A DNA stretch of 51,643 nucleotides from contig JBBRUO010000001.1 of the NCBI GenBank assembly GCA_038247725.1, forward strand, positions 1 to 51,643. The letters run 5' to 3'. Below, piece after piece: positions 34,782 to 45,099 of this stretch. Both the position numbers and the translations under genes were made by a program. The notes beneath the pieces are model-generated. The model was not told the origin of the DNA. It did not search any database and saw only the letters and a program-made list of their open reading frames with translations. Within the stretch, counting starts at the first letter, position 1; the number at the start of each line of letters is the position of its first letter. The stretch comes from Gemmatales bacterium. Its GTDB lineage: Bacteria; Planctomycetota; Planctomycetia; Gemmatales; Gemmataceae.

Positions 34782-37700
34782 ATGGCTGCCCACCGCCCCC
34801 TGCACCCCGGCAGGCTGCCCGTGACCGCCTCCAACCCGAACCCGCTCGCAACCGGCCCCGGCCGCGCGTACCTCCTGGACGCGCACGGCATGGTGTTCCA
34901 GATGTTCCACGGCATCCCGCCGATGACCGCCCCGGACGGCCGGCCGACGAACGCCGTGTTCGGCGTCACGCGGGCCATCATGGACCTGTACGACCGGGGC
35001 GCGGACTATCTCATCGCCACGTTCGACTGCCCGGAGCCGACGTTCCGCGACGCACTGTTCGCCGAGTACAAGGGCCACCGCGACCCCGCCCCGGACGACC
35101 TCATCGCCCAGGAACCGCTCATCGACCAAGTGCTAGACGCGATGCGAATCCCGGTCCTGCGGGTGCCGGGCTTCGAAGCCGACGACGTGATGGCGACCCT
35201 CGCCACCGACGGTTCCGCCCGCGGGTTGGAGGTGTTCCTCTGCACGTCCGACAAAGACTGCCGGCAACTGCTGTCGCCGACGGTGCGGATGCAGAACCTG
35301 CGCAAAGGGGCGATCCTCGACGAAGCCGGACTGATGGCCGACTGGGGCGTGCGGCCGGATCAAGTCGTGGACTTCCAGGCACTCGTGGGCGACAGCGCGG
35401 ACAACGTGCCGGGCGTGAAGGGGTGCGGGCCGAAGACCGCCACCGCCTGGCTGAAGGAGTTCGACACCCTCGACCACCTGATCGCCAACGCGGACAAGAT
35501 CGCCAAGCCGAAGTTGCGCGAGTCGCTGAAGAAGTCCATCGCCGACGGCGGACTGGCGCTCAGCAAGACGCTGGTGAAGTTGCGCACCGACGTGCCGATG
35601 GCCCTCGACTGGGACGGCTGGCGTCGCCGCGACTGGGACGGCCAACGGCTTCTCGAGTTGTTCCAGGAGTTCGGCTTCCGCGGGTACGCCGAGCGGGTGC
35701 GCAAAACCCTGGCCAAGAGCGGGGCGAAGAAGAACGAGGCGATGTTGGGCGATGCCGGCTTGTCCCCCTCCCCCCTCCCGCCAGGGGAGGGGGGAACCGG
35801 CAAAGAAACCAAAAAAAAGCCGAAACTGCCCCGACCCGGTCAGCCGTCGCTGTTCGACCAGATCGACGGCGAGGGCGATGCGTCGTTCGAGTTCGGGCTG
35901 AACGCGCCCGTCGATGACGGCTGGAAGACCGACTACCAGTGCATCGATACCCCAGCGAAGTTCGCCGACTTCCTGGTGGCATTGAAGGCGCAACCGCGGT
36001 TCGCCTTCGATCTGGAAACGACCGCCCTCGACCCGCTGCGGTGCGAGATCGTCGGTTACTCCTTCTGCTGGCAAGCCGAAAAAGCGTACTACCTGCCGGT
36101 GCGCGGGCCAAAGACCGACGCGGTGCTGGCCCCCGCCGCCACGCTCGCCGCGCTGAAGCCCGTCCTCGAAGACGCCGCCGTTCAGAAAGCGAATCAGAAC
36201 ATTAAATACGATCTACTCGTGTTGCGCAACAACGGCATCACATTGCGCGGCGTCGCCGGGGATTCGATGGTCGCGCATTACCTGCTCGACGCCGGCGCGC
36301 GGTCGCACAATCTTGATGATTTAACCCGCGAGTGTTTTCAGCACGAGAACATCTCGATCAAGACGCTGATCGGCACCGGCAAGAAGCAGGTCACGATGGC
36401 CGAAGTGCCGGTGGCGAAGGCGTGCGCCTACGCCGCCGAGGACGCCGACGCCGCGTGGCGGCTGACGGAGCGGTTCGAGTCTTCGCTGGTTCCCCCCTCC
36501 CCCCTCACCCCCCTCCCGCCAGGGGAGGGGGGAACCAGCGAAGACACATTCCCACTCTTCCCGGGGAGAGGGGGACAAAGCCTGAAGAAGTTGTACGACA
36601 CGCTGGAAATTCCACTCATCGACGTGCTGGCGGAGTTGGAGTTCAACGGCATCCGGCTGGATGTACCGTTCCTGGCGAAGCTGTCACAAGAGATGGAGGT
36701 TCAACTCGTCGCCCTGGAACAGGACGCGCATAAACTCGCCGGCCGGGGGTTCAATCTCGCCTCGCCGAAACAGTTACGGGAAATTCTGTTCGACGAGATG
36801 AATCTGCCCGTCCAGAAGCGCACCGGCACCACGAACGAGCCGAGTACCGATCAGGAGTCGCTCGAACGCCTCGCTGCGCTCGGCCACGACTTGCCGAAGA
36901 CGCTCATTGGGCACCGACAGGTAGCGAAGTTGAAAGGCACTTACGTCGATACCCTGCCCGCGCTGGTGAACCCGACCACCGGCCGGTTACACACGTCGTT
37001 CAACCAGACCGTGGCCAGCACCGGCCGACTGAGTTCGTCGGACCCGAACTTGCAGAACATCCCCGCTCGCACCGAACAAGGGCGACAGATCCGGCAGGCG
37101 TTCTTACCCCGCGACGGCTGGCAACTCCTGACCGCCGACTACTCGCAGATCGAGTTACGGCTGCTCGCGCACTTCTGCGAGGACGAGAACCTGTGCCGCG
37201 CGTTCGCCGAGGATCGGGACGTTCACGCGGCCGTCGCCGCGCAGGTGTTCGGCGTGCTCGAAGCCGAAGTCACGAAGGATCAGCGCGGCGCGGCGAAGAC
37301 GGTGAACTTCGGCGTCATCTACGGCATCAGCGCCGTCGGCCTGTCGGTGCAACTGGGCATCCCGAAGAAGGACGCGGCCAAGTTCATCGACGAGTATTTC
37401 GCCAAGTACCCGAATGTGCTGGCGTATCAGAACGGGCTGCTGGCGCGGGTGCGGAAGGACGGCTTCGCCGCGACGGTGCTGGGCCGCCGGCGGGCGTTCA
37501 ACCCGGACGCCATCCGGCCGAAGTCCAGTTACGAGCAGCGCAACCAGGCCGAGCGGGAAGCCATCAACATGGAGATTCAGGGGTCCGCCGCAGACCTGCT
37601 GAAAGTCGCCATGCTGAACCTGGACCGCCGGATGAAGGCCGAGAAGTTGGCAGCGAAGATGCTACTGACGGTGCATGACGAACTGGTGTTCGAGGTGCCG

Positions 37701-37829
37701 CCGGCGGAGTTAGCCGCCGTCGCCGCGCTGGTGCGGCACGAAATGACGACGGCCCTCCCCTTCCGCGTGCCGCTGAAGGTGGATGTCGCCGCCGGCCCCA
37801 ACTGGCTCGACGTGGAGGACCTCGCGTGA
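34782..37829 (+). CDS. polA: DNA polymerase I
   Basis: 1015 aa. It contains a 5'-nuclease domain (LLDAHGMVFQMFHG..., GFEADDVMATLA), a 3'-5' exo-like domain (FAFDLETTALDP, YAAEDADAAW) and the family A polymerase motifs (LLTADYSQIELRLLAH, RGAAKTVNFGVIYG, LLTVHDELVFE). Two repeat-derived inserts account for the extra length. Confidence 0.95.
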   Translation: MAAHRPLHPGRLPVTASNPNPLATGPGRAYLLDAHGMVFQMFHGIPPMTAPDGRPTNAVFGVTRAIMDLYDRGADYLIATFDCPEPTFRDALFAEYKGHRDPAPDDLIAQEPLIDQVLDAMRIPVLRVPGFEADDVMATLATDGSARGLEVFLCTSDKDCRQLLSPTVRMQNLRKGAILDEAGLMADWGVRPDQVVDFQALVGDSADNVPGVKGCGPKTATAWLKEFDTLDHLIANADKIAKPKLRESLKKSIADGGLALSKTLVKLRTDVPMALDWDGWRRRDWDGQRLLELFQEFGFRGYAERVRKTLAKSGAKKNEAMLGDAGLSPSPLPPGEGGTGKETKKKPKLPRPGQPSLFDQIDGEGDASFEFGLNAPVDDGWKTDYQCIDTPAKFADFLVALKAQPRFAFDLETTALDPLRCEIVGYSFCWQAEKAYYLPVRGPKTDAVLAPAATLAALKPVLEDAAVQKANQNIKYDLLVLRNNGITLRGVAGDSMVAHYLLDAGARSHNLDDLTRECFQHENISIKTLIGTGKKQVTMAEVPVAKACAYAAEDADAAWRLTERFESSLVPPSPLTPLPPGEGGTSEDTFPLFPGRGGQSLKKLYDTLEIPLIDVLAELEFNGIRLDVPFLAKLSQEMEVQLVALEQDAHKLAGRGFNLASPKQLREILFDEMNLPVQKRTGTTNEPSTDQESLERLAALGHDLPKTLIGHRQVAKLKGTYVDTLPALVNPTTGRLHTSFNQTVASTGRLSSSDPNLQNIPARTEQGRQIRQAFLPRDGWQLLTADYSQIELRLLAHFCEDENLCRAFAEDRDVHAAVAAQVFGVLEAEVTKDQRGAAKTVNFGVIYGISAVGLSVQLGIPKKDAAKFIDEYFAKYPNVLAYQNGLLARVRKDGFAATVLGRRRAFNPDAIRPKSSYEQRNQAEREAINMEIQGSAADLLKVAMLNLDRRMKAEKLAAKMLLTVHDELVFEVPPAELAAVAALVRHEMTTALPFRVPLKVDVAAGPNWLDVEDLA
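35769..35798. repeat. Polypyrimidine/polypurine hairpin repeat, copy 1, in frame in polA
   Basis: TCCCCCCTCCC (35769..35779) pairs perfectly with GGGAGGGGGGA (35785..35795) around the loop GCCAG. The 29-mer CCCCCCTCCCGCCAGGGGAGGGGGGAACC (35770..35798) recurs identically at 36508..36536. It is translated as ...SPSPLPPGEGGTGKE... Confidence 0.8.
36486..36576. repeat. Polypyrimidine/polypurine hairpin repeat, copy 2 (composite), in frame in polA
   Basis: CTGGTTCCCCCCTCCCC (36486..36502) is the exact reverse complement of GGGGAGGGGGGAACCAG (36522..36538), giving a 17-bp stem. An alternative 10-bp stem forms around the same GCCAG loop as in copy 1. A second module, ...CTCTTCCCGGGGAGAGGGGGAC (to ~36576), follows. 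The whole is translated as VPPSPLTPLPPGEGGTSEDTFPLFPGRGGQS. Confidence 0.8.
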
Positions 37830-38545
37830 TCGCCACCGCCCCCCAACCGCCGGTAATCGAGTACCCGAGTAGCGACGGTGCACCGATGGCCGAGACCGGT
37901 ACACATGTGGAATCCATCTACATGCTCCGCGAATCGCTGTTGACGTTTTACGCCGGGCGGGCGGACGTACTCGTCACCACCGATCAGTTCTTGTACTGGG
38001 AGCAGGGCAGCGCGAGGCGGCGACGGTCGCCGGACATCATGATTATTCCGGGCGTCGCGAGCGGGCTGGTGGACCGCTACTGCATTTGGGAACACGCCGG
38101 CACGATCCCCGCCGCCGTGTTCGAGTTCTCCTCGGCCGGTACCGTGGCGCGCGACCTCGGCGTGAAGCGCCGCGACTACCGGCGGATCGGCATCGCCGAA
38201 TACTTCTTGTTCGATCCGAGTGGATTGCACCTGAACCCGTCGTTCCAAGGGTTCCGGCTGCGCGGGACGCGCTACGTCCCGATCCGCCCGGTGAACGGGG
38301 CGATGGAGAGCCGCCTCGGGTTCACGATGACGCCGGAAGGGATCATGCTGCGCGTGAGGGACTCGGCGACGGGCACACCCGTTCTCCTGGGGCGCGAACT
38401 GGCCGCAGTCGAACAGCAACGGGCGGACGCTGAGCAACAGAAGGCGGAGGCCGAGAAGGCTCGTGCCGATTCGCTCGAGGCGAAAGTAGCCCGGCTCCAG
38501 GCGCTTCTTCAACAGCACAACATCCCCAGCGGGAACGGCTCATGA
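37826..38545 (+). CDS. Uma2 family (DUF820) putative restriction-endonuclease-like protein
   Basis: 239 aa. Typical Uma2 blocks are present: PDIMII, AVFEFSS, IAEYFLFDP and a coiled-coil tail. The GTG start overlaps the polA stop (GTGA at 37826..37829). Its stop overlaps the coaE ATG (ATGA at 38542..38545). Confidence 0.8.
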   Translation: MIATAPQPPVIEYPSSDGAPMAETGTHVESIYMLRESLLTFYAGRADVLVTTDQFLYWEQGSARRRRSPDIMIIPGVASGLVDRYCIWEHAGTIPAAVFEFSSAGTVARDLGVKRRDYRRIGIAEYFLFDPSGLHLNPSFQGFRLRGTRYVPIRPVNGAMESRLGFTMTPEGIMLRVRDSATGTPVLLGRELAAVEQQRADAEQQKAEAEKARADSLEAKVARLQALLQQHNIPSGNGS

Positions 38546-39147
38546 CCCTCCCCATCATCGGGCTGATCGGAGGCATTGGCGCGGGCAAGAGTACTGCCGG
38601 GCGGTGCCTGGCCGCGCGCGGCGGGTTCGTCATCGACTGCGACAAGCTCGGCCACGACGCACTGAACACGCCGGAGGTGCTACGACAACTCGTCGCGCTC
38701 TGGGGCGACCGAGTAGCGAATCCGGACGGCACCGCGAACCGCCGGGCCGTCGCCGGCATCGTGTTCGGCAGTGACGCCGAGCGCAAGCGGTTGGAAGCGG
38801 TCGTGTTCCCGGTCATCGGCGAGATGACCGAGGGGCTGATCGCGAGCGGGAGTGAAAACCCGGCCGTCCGCTTCGTCGTACTCGATGCCGCCGTGCTGCT
38901 CGAAGCCGGGTGGAAGGGCCGCTGCGACCGTGTCCTGTACATCGACGCGCCGCGCGAGCTGCGCGAGCAACGAGTATTCGCCCGGAGTCAGTGGTCGCCC
39001 GCCGACTTGACCGCCCGCGAGGCGGCCCAGTGGCCGACCGACGAGAAGAAGACCCACGCCGACGCCGTGATCCTGAACGACGGCACCGAAGCCGGACTTC
39101 AGGAGAAGATCGATCACATCTTGACCGAGTGGCACCTGACGCCCTGA
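38542..39147 (+). CDS. coaE: Dephospho-CoA kinase
   Basis: 201 aa. It has the P-loop IGLIGGIGAGKST followed by D.D.LGH and VLDAAVLLE blocks, and sits in the classic position downstream of polA. Confidence 0.9.
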   Translation: MTLPIIGLIGGIGAGKSTAGRCLAARGGFVIDCDKLGHDALNTPEVLRQLVALWGDRVANPDGTANRRAVAGIVFGSDAERKRLEAVVFPVIGEMTEGLIASGSENPAVRFVVLDAAVLLEAGWKGRCDRVLYIDAPRELREQRVFARSQWSPADLTAREAAQWPTDEKKTHADAVILNDGTEAGLQEKIDHILTEWHLTP

Positions 39148-39168
39148 CCGCCGACCGAGGACCGACCG

Positions 39169-40755
<1,587 letters not shown>

Positions 40756-40918
40756 CCGGTGGAGCGGCCGCGGCATGCTACGCGGGAATGGAGAACGACC
40801 GAACCGCGCAGAGGTGGCAGGTGATCTCGCGCGGCACGCCCGCGTCCGCTACTGGCCTACCCGATTCGCCGGGCCGCCGGGTACAACACCTTTTTCCGCT
40901 TCCTTCCCGGCTGCTCCC

Positions 40919-41800
40919 ATGACCGCCCGGTTCACGGTTCTCGCCAGCGGCAGTTCCGGCAACGCGAACCTCGTCGAGACGCCCGGCTTCGGCCTGCTCA
41001 TCGACTGCGGACTGCCGCCGCAGGAGTTGTCCGCGCGGATGCAGGCGAGCGGCGGTTCGTGGAACGCGGTGAAGGCCGTCGTCATCACGCACACGCACAC
41101 CGACCACTGGAACCGCCACACCCTGGAGCACCTCCGCCGGTTGAACGTCCGGCTCTTCGCCCATCCCGACCATCACGCCCGCCTCGCCGCCGTGCCGGCC
41201 TACGAGCCGCTCCGCCGCGCCGGGCTGATCGCCGAGTTCACCGCCGACGTGCCGTTCGAGGCGGGCGGGTTGACGCTGACGCCGACGCGGGTGCCGCACG
41301 ACTCCGACCCGACGTTCGCGTTCCGCATCGACGGCCCCGGCTGGGGCATCGGGCTGGCCTCGGACCTGGGCTGTGTGCGGGAGGAGCTGCTGGCCGCGTT
41401 CCACGGGGTGGACGTACTGGCACTGGAATTCAACCACGACGTCGCCATGCAGCGGAAGAGCCGCCGGCCGCGGTTCCTGGTGGAGCGGGTGTTGAGCGAC
41501 CTCGGCCACCTGTCGAACGCGCAGGCGGCGGACGCGGTGGCCGCGTGGGCGCGGGCCGGCGACTTGGCCGCCGTGGTGCAACTGCACGTCAGCCGGGACT
41601 GCAACACGCCAGAACTGGCGCACGCGGCCGGGGTGACGGCGGTGGCCGGCCACTCGCCGGCCACTCACGTCGTGACGGCCAGCCAGCACCGGCCGATCCC
41701 GCCAATCCCGCTCGTCCCGCGGCCCGAACGAAAAACCCCCGGCGCGGTGCCGAGGGTCGTGCGGAGTTACCAGCCGCTGCTGCCGGGGTTGGACGCCTGA
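40919..41800 (+). CDS. MBL-fold metallo-hydrolase
   Basis: The start is trimmed to the ATG at 40919 (MTARFTVLASGSSGNANLVE...). The HxHxDH motif is ITHTHTDHW, and a later block is VPHDS. Confidence 0.8.
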   Translation: MTARFTVLASGSSGNANLVETPGFGLLIDCGLPPQELSARMQASGGSWNAVKAVVITHTHTDHWNRHTLEHLRRLNVRLFAHPDHHARLAAVPAYEPLRRAGLIAEFTADVPFEAGGLTLTPTRVPHDSDPTFAFRIDGPGWGIGLASDLGCVREELLAAFHGVDVLALEFNHDVAMQRKSRRPRFLVERVLSDLGHLSNAQAADAVAAWARAGDLAAVVQLHVSRDCNTPELAHAAGVTAVAGHSPATHVVTASQHRPIPPIPLVPRPERKTPGAVPRVVRSYQPLLPGLDA

Positions 41801-41908
41801 CCGCACCAAAATCCGAAAATTTCCCGCGAACGGGGACGAAACCTCGGTAGGCTGGTCGCTATCGTAGTGATATCATTTCGATACCACAGCGGCCAAACGA
41901 GGTGCGCC

Positions 41909-42844
41909 ATGCAAGAGCGAGAAGTCCGTCTGCGGTCGGGATTCGTCATGTTACTTGTGATCTTGCTGTGGCTGGCGGGCACCGTCGCCCTCTTCGTCTA
42001 CGGCGGGGTGACGAAGCAATTCGGGTTCGTGTACGCCGGCATCCCCCTGGCGGTGGTGTGGGTGTTCCTGCCGTTCGGGTTCATCGTCAACGGGCCGAAC
42101 CAGTCGCGGGTGGTGCAACTGTTTGGCACGTACGTCGGGACGCTCAAGCGGATCGGCTTCTTCTGGGGCAACCCGTTCTACTACCGGACGGCGGTGTCTC
42201 TGCGGGTGCAGACGTTCGAGACCGGGGTGCAGTCCACGCCGGAGCGGAAGGACGCCACCGGCAAGGTGACACAGGACGCCCAGAGCCGGCGGATGCCGTC
42301 CAAGGTGAACGACAAGGACGGCACCCCCATCGAGGTGGCGGCGGTGGTCACGTTCAAGGTGCAGAACCCGGCCGAAGCGGTGTTCATGGTGGACGACTAC
42401 GAGGAGTTCATCCACATCCAGAGCGAAGCCGCGCTGCGGACGCTGGTCGGTCAGTACCGGTACGACGCGAACGAGGGCGACGAGGAGTCCCTGCGGGGGC
42501 ACATCGACGAGGTGGCGAAGAAGCTGAAGAGCGTCCTGCAACTGCGGATGACGCAGGCCGGCATCGACATCCTCGACGCGCAGATCAGCTACCTGGCCTA
42601 CGCCCCGGAGATCGCCTCCATGATGCTCCAGCGGCAGCAGGCGGGGGCCACCATCGCCGCCCGCCGGCTCATCATCGAGGCCGCCGTCGGCATGGTCGAA
42701 CACGCCCTGGACGAGCTGTCGAAGAAGCAGATCGTCGAACTGGACACCGAGCGGAAGGCGGCGATGGTGTCCAACTTGCTGGTGGTGTTGTGCGGTCACT
42801 CGGCCCCGCAACCGATCCTCAACACCGGGACGCTCTACAACTAA
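41909..42844 (+). CDS. SPFH/Band-7 domain membrane protein
   Basis: The ATG at 41909 precedes two TM helices. These are followed by an SPFH-like core (VVQLFGTYVGT...VVTFKVQNPAEAVF...EAALRTLVGQY) and a coiled C-terminal part. Confidence 0.75.
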   Translation: MQEREVRLRSGFVMLLVILLWLAGTVALFVYGGVTKQFGFVYAGIPLAVVWVFLPFGFIVNGPNQSRVVQLFGTYVGTLKRIGFFWGNPFYYRTAVSLRVQTFETGVQSTPERKDATGKVTQDAQSRRMPSKVNDKDGTPIEVAAVVTFKVQNPAEAVFMVDDYEEFIHIQSEAALRTLVGQYRYDANEGDEESLRGHIDEVAKKLKSVLQLRMTQAGIDILDAQISYLAYAPEIASMMLQRQQAGATIAARRLIIEAAVGMVEHALDELSKKQIVELDTERKAAMVSNLLVVLCGHSAPQPILNTGTLYN

Positions 42845-42911
42845 ACCGTTTTTGCCGCGAGGCATTACCGAGCGCGCTCGGCGATGCCTCGACTTCTCTA
42901 AAGGTCTGATC

Positions 42912-43847
42912 ATGCCTGCCCTGCTCCTCCTGGCTCTTTCGCTCGGGGCCGACCCGACCTCCGAGTCGGTCGAACTGACGACCGCCACCGGCACCTTGTA
43001 CGGCACCTTCGACCTGCCCGCCGGGAAGGGGCCGTGGCCGGTGGTCCTGATTCACGCCGGGTCCGGCCCGACCGACCGCGACGGCAACCAGGCGCGATTG
43101 AAGAACGACTCGCTCAAGTTGCTCGGCAAAGGGCTGGCCGAGAAGGGGTTCGCCTGCCTGCGGTTCGACAAGCGGGGTGTCGCCGCCAGCGCGAAGGCGA
43201 TGACGAAGGAGGAAGACCTGCGGGTGACCACCTTCACCGACGACATCCTCGGCTGGGTGAAACTGCTGCGGGCAGACAAGCGGTTCACGAAAATCGGGTT
43301 CGTCGGCCACAGCGAAGGGTCGTTCCTTGGGTCGCTCGTCCCGCAGGCGAAGTTCGACGCCTTCGTCTCCCTGTGTGGTCTCGGCCGCAAGTTCGGCGTC
43401 ACCGTCCGCGAGCAACTGAAGAAGAACTTATCGGCCGAGTTATACGAGAAGTCCGACGCCGTCTTCACCGCGCTGGAAGCCGGGAAGACCGTCACCGACC
43501 CACCAAAGGAGTTGGCCGCGCTGTTCCGGCCGAGTGTGCAGCCGTACCTGATTTCCGTGTGCGCCCCCGACCCGGCAACGGAACTGGCCAAGCACCCGTG
43601 CCCCATTCTGGTGGTGTCCGGGACGACCGACATTCAGGTGAACGAGGCCGACTACAAGCCGCTGCTGGGTTGCCGGAAGGGGGTGATCGGGGTGCGGGTG
43701 GAGAACCTGAATCACATCCTCCGCGAGGTGAAGACGACGGAGAAGTTGCCGCAGACGCTGTCCTACGTCAACGCGAAACAGCCGCTGCACCCGAAGTTGG
43801 TGTCCGAGATCGTCGCGTTCCTGACCACGGCCTTCGTGGAGAAGTGA
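42912..43847 (+). CDS. Secreted alpha/beta-hydrolase
   Basis: The ATG at 42912 gives the signal MPALLLLALSLGA. The nucleophile elbow is FVGHSEGS. It also carries the blocks VLIHAGSGPTDRDGN and a late NHILRE. Confidence 0.75.
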   Translation: MPALLLLALSLGADPTSESVELTTATGTLYGTFDLPAGKGPWPVVLIHAGSGPTDRDGNQARLKNDSLKLLGKGLAEKGFACLRFDKRGVAASAKAMTKEEDLRVTTFTDDILGWVKLLRADKRFTKIGFVGHSEGSFLGSLVPQAKFDAFVSLCGLGRKFGVTVREQLKKNLSAELYEKSDAVFTALEAGKTVTDPPKELAALFRPSVQPYLISVCAPDPATELAKHPCPILVVSGTTDIQVNEADYKPLLGCRKGVIGVRVENLNHILREVKTTEKLPQTLSYVNAKQPLHPKLVSEIVAFLTTAFVEK

Positions 43848-43849
43848 CC

Positions 43850-44041
43850 ATGGCACGCAAGGCGTTCCTGCTCCGTATCGACCCGGACGTGCTGGCCGCC
43901 GTGGAGCGACTGGCCGACGCCGACCTGCGGTCGCTGAACGCGCAGATCGAGTACCTGCTGCGCGAAGCCGTGGTGAAGCGGGACGGGAAGAAGGCGGCAC
44001 CGCCGAAAGCGGACGTGGAGGACGAGGACGGGGCCGAGTGA
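43850..44041 (+). CDS. Arc-like ribbon-helix-helix DNA-binding protein
   Basis: 63 aa. MARKAFLLRIDPDVLAAVERLADADLRSLNAQIEYLLREAV matches the Arc/MetJ-type RHH pattern (beta strand, helix, helix). The start lies 2 nt after the hydrolase stop. Confidence 0.6.
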   Translation: MARKAFLLRIDPDVLAAVERLADADLRSLNAQIEYLLREAVVKRDGKKAAPPKADVEDEDGAE

Positions 44042-44110
44042 CGGCATGGTCACACGGATCGGCCATCACTATAGAAGCTTCATCGTGTAGTGTACTCCGA
44101 GGTGCGAGCG

Positions 44111-45064
44111 ATGCGACTGACGATCCTGGCCGGCTGCGTATTCGCCTTCGTTGTAGGATGTGGGCGGCCACAATCGACGGAACCGACCCCGCCGTCGTCA
44201 TCGGAACCCATCGCCGTCCAGCCGTCGGAACCAACTCCCACCGAGCCGCCGACCGAAGTGGCGAAACCGCCTGAGCCGAAAGTGGAGGAACCCGTTCGGC
44301 CGAAGCACGACCCCAAAGCTCTCGCCGCGATCCACGCGGCCGTGAGCGAATTCGGGGGGAACGCCTTCCACGATTACACGCTGGAGATGTCTTACGTCTG
44401 CATGGGGAAAACCGGGTCCGCCGCGGACCTCGCGGCTCTCCCTGTGGTGCCGTTCGTGTTCACGCTGGATCTGACCAACTCGCCGATCGGGGACGAGGGT
44501 ATCCCCCACATGCTCCGGCAACCGAATCTGGCAAGCGTCTACGCGGCGACATCGAAAATCACGCCCGCCGGACTCAAGCAACTGAAGTCGGTGCCACCCG
44601 GCTCCGGTCTGGTCTTCACGCCCCCCATGAAGGACACGGACGCCGTCCTCCGCAACGCCGCTGAAGCGGGCGTGCTTCGCTTGCTCCCGGGTTCTCGCGG
44701 CTACTCCCCCGGCCTGAGTGGCACGCTTGCGGCGACGGATGAGGACCTCAATGCCCTGTCGCTCTGGCGGACCAACGTGACGGGTGTCGGATTGAAAATC
44801 CTGACCAAGTACAAGAAAATCGCGAAACTGGACCTCACGGAGACACGACTGACCGACGCGGATGTCGAACTGTTCAAGCAATTCCCCGCGCTCGTCCACC
44901 TTAAATTGGACAAAATTCCGATCACGGATGCATCGATTCCGGCGCTACTGAAACTAGAGGCCCTGAAAGAGTTGTCAATCAAGGGTACCAAAATCACCGC
45001 CGACGGTGCCCGGAAACTCCGAGCGAAAGCCGGGCTGACCCTGGTATCGGACTGGGAACGCTGA
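44111..45064 (+). CDS. Leucine-rich-repeat lipoprotein
   Basis: The ATG at 44111 gives MRLTILAGCVFAFVVGC (lipobox). A Pro/Glu-rich linker follows, then LRR units (LDLTNSPIGDEGI, LSLWRTNVTGVGL, LDLTETRLTDADV, LKLDKIPITDASI, LSIKGTKITADGA). It is visibly less GC-rich than its neighbours. Confidence 0.7.
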   Translation: MRLTILAGCVFAFVVGCGRPQSTEPTPPSSSEPIAVQPSEPTPTEPPTEVAKPPEPKVEEPVRPKHDPKALAAIHAAVSEFGGNAFHDYTLEMSYVCMGKTGSAADLAALPVVPFVFTLDLTNSPIGDEGIPHMLRQPNLASVYAATSKITPAGLKQLKSVPPGSGLVFTPPMKDTDAVLRNAAEAGVLRLLPGSRGYSPGLSGTLAATDEDLNALSLWRTNVTGVGLKILTKYKKIAKLDLTETRLTDADVELFKQFPALVHLKLDKIPITDASIPALLKLEALKELSIKGTKITADGARKLRAKAGLTLVSDWER

Positions 45065-45099
45065 ATACCGACAGCCGCAACGTGATCGCAACGCGGGTA

